This document shows, in pieces, positions 39,244 through 50,358 of a stretch of 64,000 nucleotides of DNA. Origin of the DNA: Candidatus Methanomethylophilaceae archaeon (GTDB lineage Archaea; Thermoplasmatota; Thermoplasmata; Methanomassiliicoccales; Methanomethylophilaceae); NCBI GenBank assembly GCA_050950505.1, contig JBMNHS010000001.1, positions 192,001-256,000 on the forward strand, read 5' to 3'. Both the position numbers and the translations under genes were made by a program. The notes under the pieces were generated by a model. The model worked only from the letters and a program-made list of their open reading frames with translations. It ran no database searches and was not told the DNA's origin. The stretch's first letter is position 1; the number at the start of each line of letters is the position of its first letter.

Positions 39244-40104
39244 GTGGACGTTTCGGAAACCGTTGCGGCCGTTATCGTGACGATCGCGGTTTTTACGCTG
39301 ATATCGGCATCCGTTGAGGATTTGAGGACAAGGACCGTAAGAGACGGCCATTGGGCCGTAATCGGCGGATCCGGAGCGATTCTCAACCTGTTTGCCTTCA
39401 TCGAAGGCGGAATTTTCTTCGGATTGACGGTTTCAATCCTGTCGATGACAATACTGTACTGTATTCTGAACGGATCGGAACGTTTCGGAAACGCAAGAAC
39501 GGCGTTCATCGGAACCGTGATTGCACTGACCGTTGTTTCTTACGTACTGGCTCCTTCGGATTCCTTCAGATATGCCGCGTTGTCGGTTCCGATTTTCAGC
39601 GGAATGTTCGTTCTGATGTATTACGCCGGACTGCTGAGGGGAGGAGCCGATGCGAAATGCATGGTATCCCTGGCAATCGCGTTTCCCGCCTATCCCATAT
39701 TTTATAAGTATCCTTTGATAAAAATCACTGACGGGATATCGTCAGTAATCTTTTCGTTCCCGTTGGCTATCCTCTTTCTTGCGCTTCTTATCACGTTGAC
39801 CGTCGCCGTTCCTCTTTTTCTGATAAATCTCAAAAGAGGAAATATCGGAAAAAACATGTTTTCCGGTTACGTGACCGACATCGCCGCAGCGAAGAATTCC
39901 CATGTTTGGCCGATGCATGACGTCCTTGACGGAAAATTGATAAAAATATCCCCTTCAGAAGATTCCACGGATATCTTTGAAAGATTGGAACAACAGAACG
40001 AAAAGAACATCTGGGTCACTCCCATGATTCCGTTCATGGTTCCGATTGCGGTTTCCTTCGCAATCACGGCAATATTCGGAAATCCGATTTTTCTCATACT
40101 ATAA
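39244..40104 (+). CDS. A24-family prepilin/preflagellin peptidase (PibD/FlaK-like)
   Basis: SVEDLRTRTV, GGADAK, C-terminal IWVTPMIPFMVPI. Confidence 0.85.
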   Translation: MDVSETVAAVIVTIAVFTLISASVEDLRTRTVRDGHWAVIGGSGAILNLFAFIEGGIFFGLTVSILSMTILYCILNGSERFGNARTAFIGTVIALTVVSYVLAPSDSFRYAALSVPIFSGMFVLMYYAGLLRGGADAKCMVSLAIAFPAYPIFYKYPLIKITDGISSVIFSFPLAILFLALLITLTVAVPLFLINLKRGNIGKNMFSGYVTDIAAAKNSHVWPMHDVLDGKLIKISPSEDSTDIFERLEQQNEKNIWVTPMIPFMVPIAVSFAITAIFGNPIFLIL

Positions 40105-41089
40105 TGTTGAGGGGATGTCCGCAGGCAGCGCACTTGTTTCCTTTCAGTTCTTCGATTTCCACAAGATAACCCAGACGGCTTACCGCGACGGCTCCGCATT
40201 CCGGACAGTACGTATCCCCGGTGCCTTCGGAAACTATGTTTCCCGTGTACACGTAATTCAATCCCGCTCCCATAGCCACATCCCTTGCGGCCACCAATGC
40301 TTCCGGGGACGTCCACTGAACATCGTTCATTTCATTGTCGGGATGGAATCTTGAAAAGTGAACCGGAACGTCCGGAGACAGTTCGTCCTTCACCCACTCG
40401 GCGAACTTTCTGATTTCGTCCAGACTGTCGTTCCATCCGGGAATCATCAGATATGTAAGTTCGATGTGAACGCCTTCTTCAAAAACGATCTTGACGGATT
40501 TCAGAACATCTTCCAAATGCGCTCCGCATATCTTCATGTAAAACTCATCGGTGAAGGCTTTCACGTCGATGTTCATAGCAGAAACCACTTTGCACAGTTC
40601 CCTGAGTGGCTCTTCGTTAATCAGTCCGTTGGTGACCATCACGCAAATCAGATCGGGATCCAAATCCATCACGTCAAGTATGTATTCGAACCAAAGCGTC
40701 GGTTCGTTGTACGTGAAGGAGATTATGTCGGAACCGTCCCTTCTGCACATGCTCACCAATTTTTCGGGAGAAGCGTACGTGGTGCGTTTCTTTCCCGTAG
40801 AGTACTGGGATATCGCAAAATTCTGACAGTGTCTGCACCTCATGTTGCAACCGACGCTGCCCACGGAAAACGTTTTGGCGCCGGGATAAAAATGATACAG
40901 AGGTTTCTTTTCTATGGGATCCACGCATATCGACGACAATTTTCCGTAGGTGTACGCAATCAGTTTGTCTTCGGTTCCGTATCTCGAACCGCATCTTCCG
41001 TATTCTTCCACGCCGATTCTGCAGGCATGGGGGCACAGACCGCATACGTAGTAACCGTCTTCCACGGTGTAGTACGCCGCTTCCTTCAT
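40094..41089 (-). CDS. amrS: AmmeMemoRadiSam radical SAM enzyme
   Basis: CGLCPHAC, DPIEKKPLYHFYPG, CNMRCRHC, FTYNEP, HFSRFHP, VYTGN. Confidence 0.9.
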   Translation of the reverse strand: MKEAAYYTVEDGYYVCGLCPHACRIGVEEYGRCGSRYGTEDKLIAYTYGKLSSICVDPIEKKPLYHFYPGAKTFSVGSVGCNMRCRHCQNFAISQYSTGKKRTTYASPEKLVSMCRRDGSDIISFTYNEPTLWFEYILDVMDLDPDLICVMVTNGLINEEPLRELCKVVSAMNIDVKAFTDEFYMKICGAHLEDVLKSVKIVFEEGVHIELTYLMIPGWNDSLDEIRKFAEWVKDELSPDVPVHFSRFHPDNEMNDVQWTSPEALVAARDVAMGAGLNYVYTGNIVSEGTGDTYCPECGAVAVSRLGYLVEIEELKGNKCAACGHPLNIIV

Positions 41090-41093
41090 AGGA

Positions 41094-42032
41094 TTAATAA
41101 ATGCCGTGTCTCAACACCTCCGTTCCGTCAATATCCGATACCGTCGGCCGGTCACCGTTGGTGACCTGTCCGATTATCGTGAAGGGTACTCTATTGCCGT
41201 ACAGTTGTTTTATCATATCCTTTCTGAAAGTGAACACAAGTTCGTACTCTCCGCCCCAGTAAAGAAGCAGATCATCCAACGGAACGCCCAGGGATTCGTG
41301 GACTTCTTCCACTCCGTATCCCATGGGCAGAAATTCTCTTCTTATTTCCATCCCCACATGGCTGGCATTGCATATTGCCCAGGCGGCTTCGGCCAACCCG
41401 TCGGAAAGATCCATACAGGAAGTTACGGCGCCGGAGCCGGCCATGGCCATCCCTTCGTTCACTCTCGGCACCGGAACGTTCAACGAATATTCCGCCTCTT
41501 CCAATCCCAAACCGTTGTTCATGGAATGCCATCCCGCCGCCGGGGAACCCAACTCCCCGGTGACGGCAATCATGTCTCCGGGATTCGCGCCGTGACGCGT
41601 CATGGGTTTGCGGTCTTCCATGTTTCCGATTGCGGTGCACACTACGGAACCGGTTCCCTCTTTCGTATCCCCGCCTATGACGTACGTGTCGCAGAACTCG
41701 GCGCACCGGTCTATGCCGTCCATGATGTCGCATATATCGTCAATATCCAGGTCCGGTGGCATCATCAGCGATGCCAGTATTCCCGTGGGTCTTGCGCCCA
41801 TTGACGCCAAATCGCTGAAATTCACCGCTCCGGCCATCCATCCGAACTGTTCGTAAGTCATGGTGGGGGTCATGTGGCGGTCAAAGGTCAGTCCGTCGGA
41901 ACAGATCGCAAGTTTCCCTTCCGTGTTCACTATCGCCGCATCGTCCAAGGGACTGTTGTCCGGGGACGGGCGTATAACGCCCATTATCTTGCGGATCGCA
42001 TCGCGTTCGCCGACTTCGCGGAAAGTGGACAT
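41094..42032 (-). CDS. thiL: Thiamine-monophosphate kinase
   Basis: DDAA, VNFSDLASMGARP, IGGDT, MDLSDGL, GGEYELVF. Confidence 0.93.
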   Translation of the reverse strand: MSTFREVGERDAIRKIMGVIRPSPDNSPLDDAAIVNTEGKLAICSDGLTFDRHMTPTMTYEQFGWMAGAVNFSDLASMGARPTGILASLMMPPDLDIDDICDIMDGIDRCAEFCDTYVIGGDTKEGTGSVVCTAIGNMEDRKPMTRHGANPGDMIAVTGELGSPAAGWHSMNNGLGLEEAEYSLNVPVPRVNEGMAMAGSGAVTSCMDLSDGLAEAAWAICNASHVGMEIRREFLPMGYGVEEVHESLGVPLDDLLLYWGGEYELVFTFRKDMIKQLYGNRVPFTIIGQVTNGDRPTVSDIDGTEVLRHGIY

Positions 42033-42109
42033 ATACCGTAATATTCGCCGACTCCGTATATACCTTCCATAATTCTTGTAATAAATTTATTAATAAGATA
42101 CGCGCAATT

Positions 42110-43357
42110 GTGCAAGAGATGAAAATAGATGTGAAGTACGGAAAGGACTCTCAGCCCGTAGAAATACCCGAGAGAAACTTCATAGGTACGTTCTATCCCA
42201 AGGACGTTGAGTGCTCCCCTCCCGGTGAAGTGATCGGCGCTTCCATCGAGAACCCCTTGGGTTCCGATACTTTGCAGGAATTCCTGAAGGGCGGCGAGGA
42301 CATAGTATTCATAGTGAACGACGGAACCCGTCCCACCCCCACCGCACAGGTGTTGGAGGCGTTGGCGGACAAAATCGATTTGCGGAAAGCGAGATACATA
42401 ATCGCCACCGGAAACCACCGACCTCCCACCGAGGAAGAATACGATTTCATCTTCGGCTCTCAGTATGAGAACCTGAAAGACCGCATCATAGTCCATGACT
42501 CCAAGAAATCGGAGGTCGTGAACTTGGGGACGTCCAAAAACGGAACTCCCATGGAAGTCAACAAGATAGCCGTGGATTCCGACCGTTTGGTGATCATCAC
42601 CAGCGTGGAACCCCACTATTTCGCCGGATACACCGGAGGAAGGAAATCCTTCCTTCCCGGAGTCGCATCGTTCAAAACGATTGAGACGAACCACAAACTG
42701 GCCATGAGCATGGAAGCTCAGTCCCTGGCGCTGGAAGGCAACCCGGTCCACGAGGATATGATGGATGCCCTGAACGCGGTCAAAGGAAAAAAGATATTCT
42801 CCATACAGATGGTATTGGACAGACACCAGAACATCTACAAAGCCGTGTCCGGAGATCTGAACATGGCTTTCGCAAAAGCCGTGGAATACGCCAACGAAGT
42901 GTTCTCCGTCGCCATTCCCAGGAAAGCCGACGTTGTGATATCCGTTGCACCGTATCCCATGGACGTGGATCTGTACCAGTCCCAGAAAGCCTTGGACAAC
43001 GGAAAATGGGCGTTGAAGGAAGGCGGAACCATCATAATGGTCTCCAAGTGCAGGGAAGGTCTCGGAAGCGAGGCGTTCCTGACCCAGCTTTCAAGCTCCA
43101 AAGATCCCAACGTCGTCATTGAGAACATAAAGAGAGAATACAAGTTGGGATACCACAAGGCCGCCAAAATGGCCGAAATCATGACCTGGGCGAAGGTCGG
43201 CGCGGTGACGGATTTGGATCCGAAAATCATATCCAAAGCCAACATGACTCCGTGCAAAACCGTCCAGGAAGCCGTGGATGCCGAACTTGAAAAGAATCCC
43301 GACGCCGAGTTCCTTATCCTTATGGACGGAAGCGTTACAATTCCCAGAGTTGAGTGA
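42110..43357 (+). CDS. LarA-family nickel-pincer-dependent racemase/epimerase
   Basis: VNDGTRPTP, ATGNHR, HDS, EPHYFAGYTGGRKS, DLYQSQKAL; start may be ATG 42119. Confidence 0.9.
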   Translation: MQEMKIDVKYGKDSQPVEIPERNFIGTFYPKDVECSPPGEVIGASIENPLGSDTLQEFLKGGEDIVFIVNDGTRPTPTAQVLEALADKIDLRKARYIIATGNHRPPTEEEYDFIFGSQYENLKDRIIVHDSKKSEVVNLGTSKNGTPMEVNKIAVDSDRLVIITSVEPHYFAGYTGGRKSFLPGVASFKTIETNHKLAMSMEAQSLALEGNPVHEDMMDALNAVKGKKIFSIQMVLDRHQNIYKAVSGDLNMAFAKAVEYANEVFSVAIPRKADVVISVAPYPMDVDLYQSQKALDNGKWALKEGGTIIMVSKCREGLGSEAFLTQLSSSKDPNVVIENIKREYKLGYHKAAKMAEIMTWAKVGAVTDLDPKIISKANMTPCKTVQEAVDAELEKNPDAEFLILMDGSVTIPRVE

Positions 43358-44457
43358 TTATGACAGAATTCAAAACCGACAACCTTGAAAAGGTACGAAG
43401 AGCCGTCAACGTCTGCACCATGTGCGGATTCTGCAAGAGCGTATGCCCTTCCTTCAAAGAAGTGGGATGGGACACCGACTCCTCCAGAGGCCGTATAACG
43501 TTGATTTACGGATTGCTGAACGGCGATATCGATGCCGACCCTTCAGTGATTAAGAGCATCTACACCTGCACCACCTGCGCCGACTGCGTAAGAAGATGTC
43601 CTTCCAAAGTGGACGTTGTGGACATCATCGAAACCGCCCGTGCGGATCTGGTGAAGAACGATCACATGCTGGACAAGCACAAATCCATGTGCGACAAAGT
43701 CGTGGAATTCGGCAACCCCTTCGGCGAAAAGAAAAGCATTCAGGAAGCCGTCGGCATTGAGAGGAAGAAAGCGAAGATCGGATATTACGTGGGATGCACC
43801 GCCGCTCACCGTTCCAAAGAAATTTCCGAAGCGACCATTTCGGTGCTGAAGAAACTGAACACCGATTTCACCGTTGTGGATGAGATATGCTGCGGATCCG
43901 TTCTTCAGAGAGTAGGTTACGATCAGGATTACATCACAACGATGTTTGAAAAGAACGTCAACGCAATCAAGGATCTCGGCGTGGAAACCGTCGTGCTGTC
44001 CTGCGCGGGATGTTACCGTATGTTCAAGGTCGAGTATCCCAAGTACATCGACGTTCCCTTCGAAGTGTTGCACATAACGGAATACTTGGCAAGACAGGAT
44101 TTGAAGTTGAAACCGATGGACAACATCAAGGCCACGTATCACGATCCCTGTCACCTGGGAAGACACTGCGGACTGTATGACGCGCCGAGAGAAATTATCG
44201 CTAAAATTCCCGGAATGGAATTCGTCGAAATGGAATACACAAGGGAAAAGAGCCACTGCTGCGGAGGCGGCGGAGGCGTGAGAAGCGCGTTCCCCGAGGA
44301 ATCCCTGGGTATCGCGTCCACAAGGTTGGATGAGGCCAAAGGGATGGATATGATCATCACGACCTGTCCTTTCTGTGTGAACAACCTGCTTGCCGGGAGA
44401 AAGGACGAGGAAATAGACGTCGTGGATTTGATCGAACTGGTCGACAAGCTGTTGTAA
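43354..44457 (+). CDS. Fe-S oxidoreductase with two 4Fe-4S motifs and CCG domains (GlcF/HdrD-like)
   Basis: CTMCGFCKSVCP, CTTCADCVRRCP, CCG, YHDPCHLGR, CCGGGGG, CPFC. Confidence 0.9.
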   Translation: MIMTEFKTDNLEKVRRAVNVCTMCGFCKSVCPSFKEVGWDTDSSRGRITLIYGLLNGDIDADPSVIKSIYTCTTCADCVRRCPSKVDVVDIIETARADLVKNDHMLDKHKSMCDKVVEFGNPFGEKKSIQEAVGIERKKAKIGYYVGCTAAHRSKEISEATISVLKKLNTDFTVVDEICCGSVLQRVGYDQDYITTMFEKNVNAIKDLGVETVVLSCAGCYRMFKVEYPKYIDVPFEVLHITEYLARQDLKLKPMDNIKATYHDPCHLGRHCGLYDAPREIIAKIPGMEFVEMEYTREKSHCCGGGGGVRSAFPEESLGIASTRLDEAKGMDMIITTCPFCVNNLLAGRKDEEIDVVDLIELVDKLL

Positions 44458-44458
44458 G

Positions 44459-45253
44459 ATGTTGCGAACGAGATGGAGAAAAGGATATCTGACGTACGGA
44501 CAACCCCGGATAATGGGGATAGTCAACGTCACGCCGGATTCTTTCTCCGGCGGGCTCACTTGCAACGAAGCGATTGAGCACGCCTTCAAACTCATTGATG
44601 ACGGGGCCGATATGATTGATATCGGTGCGGAGTCCACCCGTCCCGGATGGACTCCCGTTTCCGTTGAAGAGGAAATCGACCGTTTAATTCCGTTGATTGA
44701 AGCAATCGCCCCTTCCTGCGATATTCCGATTTCCGTTGATACGATGAAACCGGATGTGGTTCAGGCGGCGTTGGACGCGGGAGCGGATATCGTCAATGAC
44801 GTATACGGAATGAGATGGGACGGAATGGTTGACGTTATTGCGTCTAACGGCGTGCCGGTTATAATCACACATATCCACGGTGATTTGGACACAATGCATA
44901 ACGTCACGATGGGCGATGATTTTCTTTTAGAGATTAAGAGATTTTTTGATGAACGAATCAAAATCGCTTTGGATGCAGGTATCGATCGGGATTGTATAAT
45001 TCTCGATCCGGGTTTGGGATTCGGAAAAACTTCGGAACAGAACATAGAATTGCTGAAGAGCGGTTCTTACCTTTATGACGGATATCCGGTATTGATCGGA
45101 GCTTCCCGCAAAAGATTTTTGATGGATTTGTACGGCAACCGGAACGATGAATCATCGGCGGATGCCGCTGTTGCCGCCATAGAAAACGGCGCGCATATCG
45201 TAAGGGTTCATGACGTGCGCACGACGGTTGGGATGTTCAAAAAACGAGTTTGA
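44459..45253 (+). CDS. folP: Dihydropteroate synthase
   Basis: MGIVNVTPDSFS, DIGAESTRPG, SVDT, DPGLGFGK, SRK, VRVHDV. Confidence 0.95.
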   Translation: MLRTRWRKGYLTYGQPRIMGIVNVTPDSFSGGLTCNEAIEHAFKLIDDGADMIDIGAESTRPGWTPVSVEEEIDRLIPLIEAIAPSCDIPISVDTMKPDVVQAALDAGADIVNDVYGMRWDGMVDVIASNGVPVIITHIHGDLDTMHNVTMGDDFLLEIKRFFDERIKIALDAGIDRDCIILDPGLGFGKTSEQNIELLKSGSYLYDGYPVLIGASRKRFLMDLYGNRNDESSADAAVAAIENGAHIVRVHDVRTTVGMFKKRV

Positions 45254-45428
45254 AAATCGATAACCCCGCAATAATCGCCAGAGCCAGTACGAAAATTATG
45301 TTCAACCGGCGGTTTTCTCTTCTGTTTCTGTCGTGATGCAGTTGATTACAATCCTCTGAGCAGTACTCATCACCAAATCGAATGGGATCTCCGCAGAATT
45401 TACAATGGTCATGCTCAGGGAGTATCAT
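45237..45428 (-). CDS. DUF2116-like zinc-ribbon membrane protein
   Basis: HDHCKFCGDPI...YCSEDC plus C-terminal TM helix. Confidence 0.8.
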   Translation of the reverse strand: MILPEHDHCKFCGDPIRFGDEYCSEDCNQLHHDRNRRENRRLNIIFVLALAIIAGLSIFKLVF

Positions 45429-45515
45429 AATCAGGCAGATGTAATCAAAATATAAAATTGGCTTGATGAATTAAATAGAAAAGGAAGGGGTTTATGGTAT
45501 GTTTCCACCGAGTGC

Positions 45516-46019
45516 TTATGCAGTCAGATTTTTGATGATGGGAAGAACCCCTACGATAAACACCAAAATACTGCCGACAAGACACAGGTATGTGCCGATG
45601 CCGTAACCCACGGAACCGCCCAGGAGCGATCCGCCGGAAGCGCCGGTGTCCAACCAAACCATAAAGAGTATGGATACCACAAGCAGAACGACGGAAATCA
45701 CAATGGCCACAATACCGAGAATTCCTTCGGTCTTGGCACCGCCGAGATATTTACTGGGCACAACAGAGATTATCAATGCGATGATTGCGAGAATCAGCGC
45801 TATCAGAGGCACCATGTTCTGCCATGCATCTTTATCCTGCAGATATTCGCCGTCAAAGAATTGCATTCCCGTGTATCCGGTTGTTTCAGACGCACCCAAT
45901 ACCGTAACGGTGACATCAGCCCAAGAAAGGAAGAATGCCACTATAACCAGAATCGCACCCACTATCCCAATGAATTGGAATGCAGAGAACGGTCCAACTT
46001 TTTTATCTAAGAAAGACAT
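45516..46019 (-). CDS. Four-TM membrane protein
   Basis: Hydrophobic helices; FFLSW...GYGIGTYL. Confidence 0.75.
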   Translation of the reverse strand: MSFLDKKVGPFSAFQFIGIVGAILVIVAFFLSWADVTVTVLGASETTGYTGMQFFDGEYLQDKDAWQNMVPLIALILAIIALIISVVPSKYLGGAKTEGILGIVAIVISVVLLVVSILFMVWLDTGASGGSLLGGSVGYGIGTYLCLVGSILVFIVGVLPIIKNLTA

Positions 46020-46267
46020 ATTTTTCCATCCTGATAAGATGCACTAAGCATCCCATCCAGGAGTGTAAACGGTATTTGTTTTTTATAAGCTTATTGACGA
46101 AGTTGACAGAAAACAGGATAAAATGACGGGATATATTCCAGACGTGGCTTAAAAAATAGATTAAAAAAATATGCCAATATGTTTACTCTATTTGTCGAAA
46201 ATCAGTGTCGTGTCCTATTCATTCTTGCCATTAAGATATAAATATCGAAGGCCCTCTAAAATATTCT

Positions 46268-48355
46268 ATGCGCAGTAGTGAATCGATGTTAGATTATTTC
46301 TTCAAACAGAATCATTTCGAAATACCGCTATACCAACGAACCTATGACTGGAAAAAAAGAAACTGCGAGATTCTTTTTGATGATATCCTCGACATACACA
46401 AAGTGTCAGAGATGCCAGGGTCCGAGGGTAAATACAAAAAGCATTTCTTCGGCATAGTGATTTGTCTGATAGATCAGCAAACGGGGCATCGCGCAATCAT
46501 AGACGGGCAACAAAGAGTTACATCCGTGGCATTACTGCTGGCCGCCATAAGGGATGCTGTCCTTGATGAGAAGATTGAATCTGAAGATGACAGGCTTGCA
46601 AGTAAAATCGATCGCAGGCTGAAGGATCAGGATTACGGCACGGTCTTCATAAAGCCCATCGAAAAAGACAGAATCGTGTATGATGCCATAATGACTCACG
46701 ACATCATACTCGACGAATATGCGGGATCCAATATTCTGATTAATTACAATTACTTTAAAGAGAGGGTTTTGAAACTGGATGATATAACGATAGACCAGTT
46801 TATCGAGTGTCTGGATAATCTGTATATCGTTCCCATCCACCTAAGCAGTCTGGACGACGATGCGCAAAAGGTCTTTGAGAGTATCAATTCCACCGGATTG
46901 AGTCTGACCGAGGGCGATAAGATTCGCAACTATATGCTCATGAATCACAGCCCTGCCGATCAAGAACGGTATTACAAACGGTATTGGACGAAAATAGACG
47001 ACGGAGCTATAGACACCACCAGATTCATCAGGGATTACCTTACGGCAGGTACGGGAAACATCCCCAGGTTGAATAACGTATATGATGATTTTAAAAAATA
47101 TGCGAAATTCCGCAGAATCACCGAAGAAGCATTCGTGGAACTGTTCGAAGAGTTGGTGCAGTATTCCCGATATTACCATAATCTTCAGGAAAATAATCTG
47201 AATCACATATCGGAAAACGCGTCCCTGTTAATGTTCAGAATAAATTACCAAAGAGCCACGGTCGTATATCCGTTCATAATGAAGATTCTGAACTACCATG
47301 AAACCGGCAACCTTACTGACGAAGAGGTTGTTGATGTACTGGGTGTAATAGAGAATTATATTTTACGAAGAGCCATCTGCAAACTGCCCACGAACACCTT
47401 GAATAAGGTCTTCAGCGGCATATTCTATTCTTTGATTAGGGACGATTCGGGCGGTTTTGCCGAGAGATTCAAATATTCTTTGCTCAGAAGAGAGGGTACT
47501 GCCAGATACCCCAGAGATGAGGAGGTGTTTTATCACCTGACAGAAACGGATCTGTACAATACCCGTACCGTTTGCACTCATGTTTTGGCAACGATAGAGC
47601 ACGCTAACAGAGATTCCCAGGACACTCTGGAACGAATAGAGGACGGTAAATTGACAGTGGAACACGTTATGCCGCAGACCCTTTCGAAAGAATGGATCGG
47701 ACACCTGGGAGAAAATTACAGAGAAGTTCACGATGTGTGGCTGCACAGACTGGGCAACCTTACCCTGACCGCGTACAACAGCAAATACAGTAACAAATCG
47801 TACGAATTCAAACGCAATTTGGAAGATTCTGGATTCCGGGAAAGCAGACTGTGGCTGAACCGCATAATGGCGGAAAGCGAGACGTGGACCGAAGATAGGA
47901 TCCGCGAACGGAACACGATTCTTGCTGACAGATTTTTAAAGGTTGTGCCGGAACTTGTCACTTCGTATGAAGCGCCCATTGCTGTCGACGATTCAGTCAT
48001 ATATTCCTTGGAAGAAGCGGATAATGAATTTTATGGAATACAGGTCACAGGGTTCTTGTTCGACGGCGAAAGGTATGCCGCCAGAAGTGCGATTGATGCC
48101 TATACCCAGATTTTGAGAATGTTTTATGATCAGGATCCCGTCAAATTCACAACCCTGATGAATGAAAAAGGAAGCAGTCTATGGATGAGTTCCGACTCTG
48201 TCAAGGCCAAGGCATGGGGATATGATGAAATTGCTCCGGGAGTTTGGACAAGTAAAGATATGGATAATCCGAGAAAGGCAAGATTTTTGAGACAATTTGC
48301 CGCTTTCTTTGGTATGGAATTCGATGACATTGCATTCATCGTCAAAGGTAAATGA
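46268..48355 (+). CDS. GmrSD-like (DUF262 plus DUF1524 HNH) modification-dependent nuclease
   Basis: IPLYQRTYDW, IDGQQR, FESINSTG..L; HNH-type VEHVMPQ..LGNLTL..YN. Confidence 0.88.
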   Translation: MRSSESMLDYFFKQNHFEIPLYQRTYDWKKRNCEILFDDILDIHKVSEMPGSEGKYKKHFFGIVICLIDQQTGHRAIIDGQQRVTSVALLLAAIRDAVLDEKIESEDDRLASKIDRRLKDQDYGTVFIKPIEKDRIVYDAIMTHDIILDEYAGSNILINYNYFKERVLKLDDITIDQFIECLDNLYIVPIHLSSLDDDAQKVFESINSTGLSLTEGDKIRNYMLMNHSPADQERYYKRYWTKIDDGAIDTTRFIRDYLTAGTGNIPRLNNVYDDFKKYAKFRRITEEAFVELFEELVQYSRYYHNLQENNLNHISENASLLMFRINYQRATVVYPFIMKILNYHETGNLTDEEVVDVLGVIENYILRRAICKLPTNTLNKVFSGIFYSLIRDDSGGFAERFKYSLLRREGTARYPRDEEVFYHLTETDLYNTRTVCTHVLATIEHANRDSQDTLERIEDGKLTVEHVMPQTLSKEWIGHLGENYREVHDVWLHRLGNLTLTAYNSKYSNKSYEFKRNLEDSGFRESRLWLNRIMAESETWTEDRIRERNTILADRFLKVVPELVTSYEAPIAVDDSVIYSLEEADNEFYGIQVTGFLFDGERYAARSAIDAYTQILRMFYDQDPVKFTTLMNEKGSSLWMSSDSVKAKAWGYDEIAPGVWTSKDMDNPRKARFLRQFAAFFGMEFDDIAFIVKGK

Positions 48356-48413
48356 ATCATATGGGTACAATCCATTGAGAAAATTGACAGAATTATTACG
48401 GAGTTGATTTACT

Positions 48414-50313
48414 ATGCCCGATAAGCTTAATATGCACACAAAAAACGCCACTCAAGAAAATATTGAAAGGATTGGCGCTTTGTTTCCCAATTGTATAGTC
48501 GAAGCGGCTGACGAGGGGGGGGGGGTTAGACGCTTTATTGATTTCCAAAGTCTAAAACAAGAGCTATCGGAAGACCTCGCACCGGACTCACGGGAAAGAT
48601 ACCAGTTTACTTGGCCGAATAAATCTGAACATAGAGCTCAGACGAATCATCAAGTTTCAGAAACTTTAAGACCTTATCCGGAAGAGAGCGTGGAATTTGA
48701 TAAAACAGAAAATCTCTACATAGAGGGGGACAATCTAATAGCGTTAAAACTTCTCAGAGAAACCTATCTGAATAAAATTGACGTGATATACATAGATCCT
48801 CCATACAATACAGGCAATGATTTTGTTTATAGGGATGACTTTACTATCAGTGATTCCGAATATCTCGACGTCAACGGAACTTATGACGTGGAAGGTAACC
48901 GATTATTCAGAAACACAAACACCAACGGAAGATTTCATACTGATTGGTTGAACATGATGTATCCGCGGCTCCGGCTTGCCAGGGATTTATTATCAGAAGA
49001 AGGAGTTATTTTCATATCGATTGATGATAACGAATTTAAAAATTTGAGAAATATATGCGATGAGATATTCGGAGAAAATAATTTTGTTGCGACCGTAATC
49101 TGGGAAAGGGCATTTTCTCCAGTGAATTTAAAAAGACATTTTTCTGAGAGTCATGATTATATTGTGGCATATGCCAAATCAGTCGATAATCTAATATGTA
49201 ACGGATTACCACGGGATGAGAAGGCGGACAACAGATATTCCAATCCGGACGAGGATTCCAGGGGGCCATGGGCTTCGAGTGATTTGTCCGTGGGACCTGC
49301 AATAGAGGCGAATATATACGAAATTGTAACTCCTTCCGGAAGAGTTGTTATGCCGCCCAGCGGATACAGTTGGCGTCTGAGTAAAAAACGATATTCCGAA
49401 TTCTTGAAGGAGGGGCGCATATGGTTTGGATCTGACGGGAGCGGAGTCCCTCGAATAAAACGATTCTTGTCTGAAGTGAAGCAGGGAATCACTCCCATGA
49501 CGATATGGAAACATCAAGAAGTAGGGCATTCGCAAAAAGCTAGTCAGGATTTGAAAGCGTTATTTGATGGTAAATCATTCTTCACATATCCTAAACCTGT
49601 GGAACTAATAAAGAGAGTATTAATGCTCTATTCCGACAAAGAATCTCTAATATTGGATTTCTTTTCAGGTTCTGCGACCACTGCACATGCAGTCATGAAC
49701 CTTAACACAGAAGATGGAGGCAGAAGAAGATATATTATGATTCAACTGCCTGAGGAAACCGATAAAAAATCAGATGCATATAGGGCAGGATTTGAAAATA
49801 TCTGCGAAATAGGCAAAGAACGTATCCGTATAGCGGGGAAACAACTAATTGAGAAAAATTCCGAACAGCGAACGCTGACCGATGAAGATATTCCCCATGG
49901 CACAGACATAGGATTCAGAGTCCTTAAAATTGACAGTTCCAATATGAAGGATGTTTATTATGCTCCAGATAAAACCTTCAAACGTGGCCTGGATGAACTT
50001 TTGGATAATGTCAAAGAAGATTCGGACTCCCGAAGATCTGCTGTTCCAGGTAATGTTGGAACTCGGTATCGATCTATCTTCGATAATCGAAGAATATACC
50101 ATCGACGAAAAGAAGGTACTCAGCGTCGACGAGGGTTACCTTATTGCGTGTTTTGATAAGAACGTTTCAGAGAATGTTGTTACAGAAATTGCAAAGAAGA
50201 AACCACATTATGCTATAATGAGGGACAATTCCATGTCCGATGACAATGTAGCAGTCAACTTTGAACAGATATTCAAAACATACAGCCCCGATACCGTCAG
50301 AAGAATTCTGTGA
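48414..50313 (+). pseudogene. mod: Type III R-M Mod, copy 1 (m6A MTase); G11 tract in frame, +1 frameshift near 50021
   Basis: IEGDNL, IYIDPPYNTG, DFFSGSATT; GAAGATTCGGAC has one more T than the paralogs (GAAGATCG), and the C-terminus continues in the +1 frame to TGA 50313. Confidence 0.9.
48515..48525 (+). repeat. G11 homopolymer in the 5' end of mod1 (in frame)
   Basis: GACGA-G11-TTAGA encodes DEGGGVR. Confidence 0.9.
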
Positions 50314-50358
50314 TTTAAAACGAGATGTGTTAATTACATCTACAGAGTTGATTCTTAC

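Noticed and set aside
46020-46267. Attachment site or tRNA at the left edge of the defence island
   Set aside because: No tRNA-like fold, integrase or matching direct repeat is visible within the window
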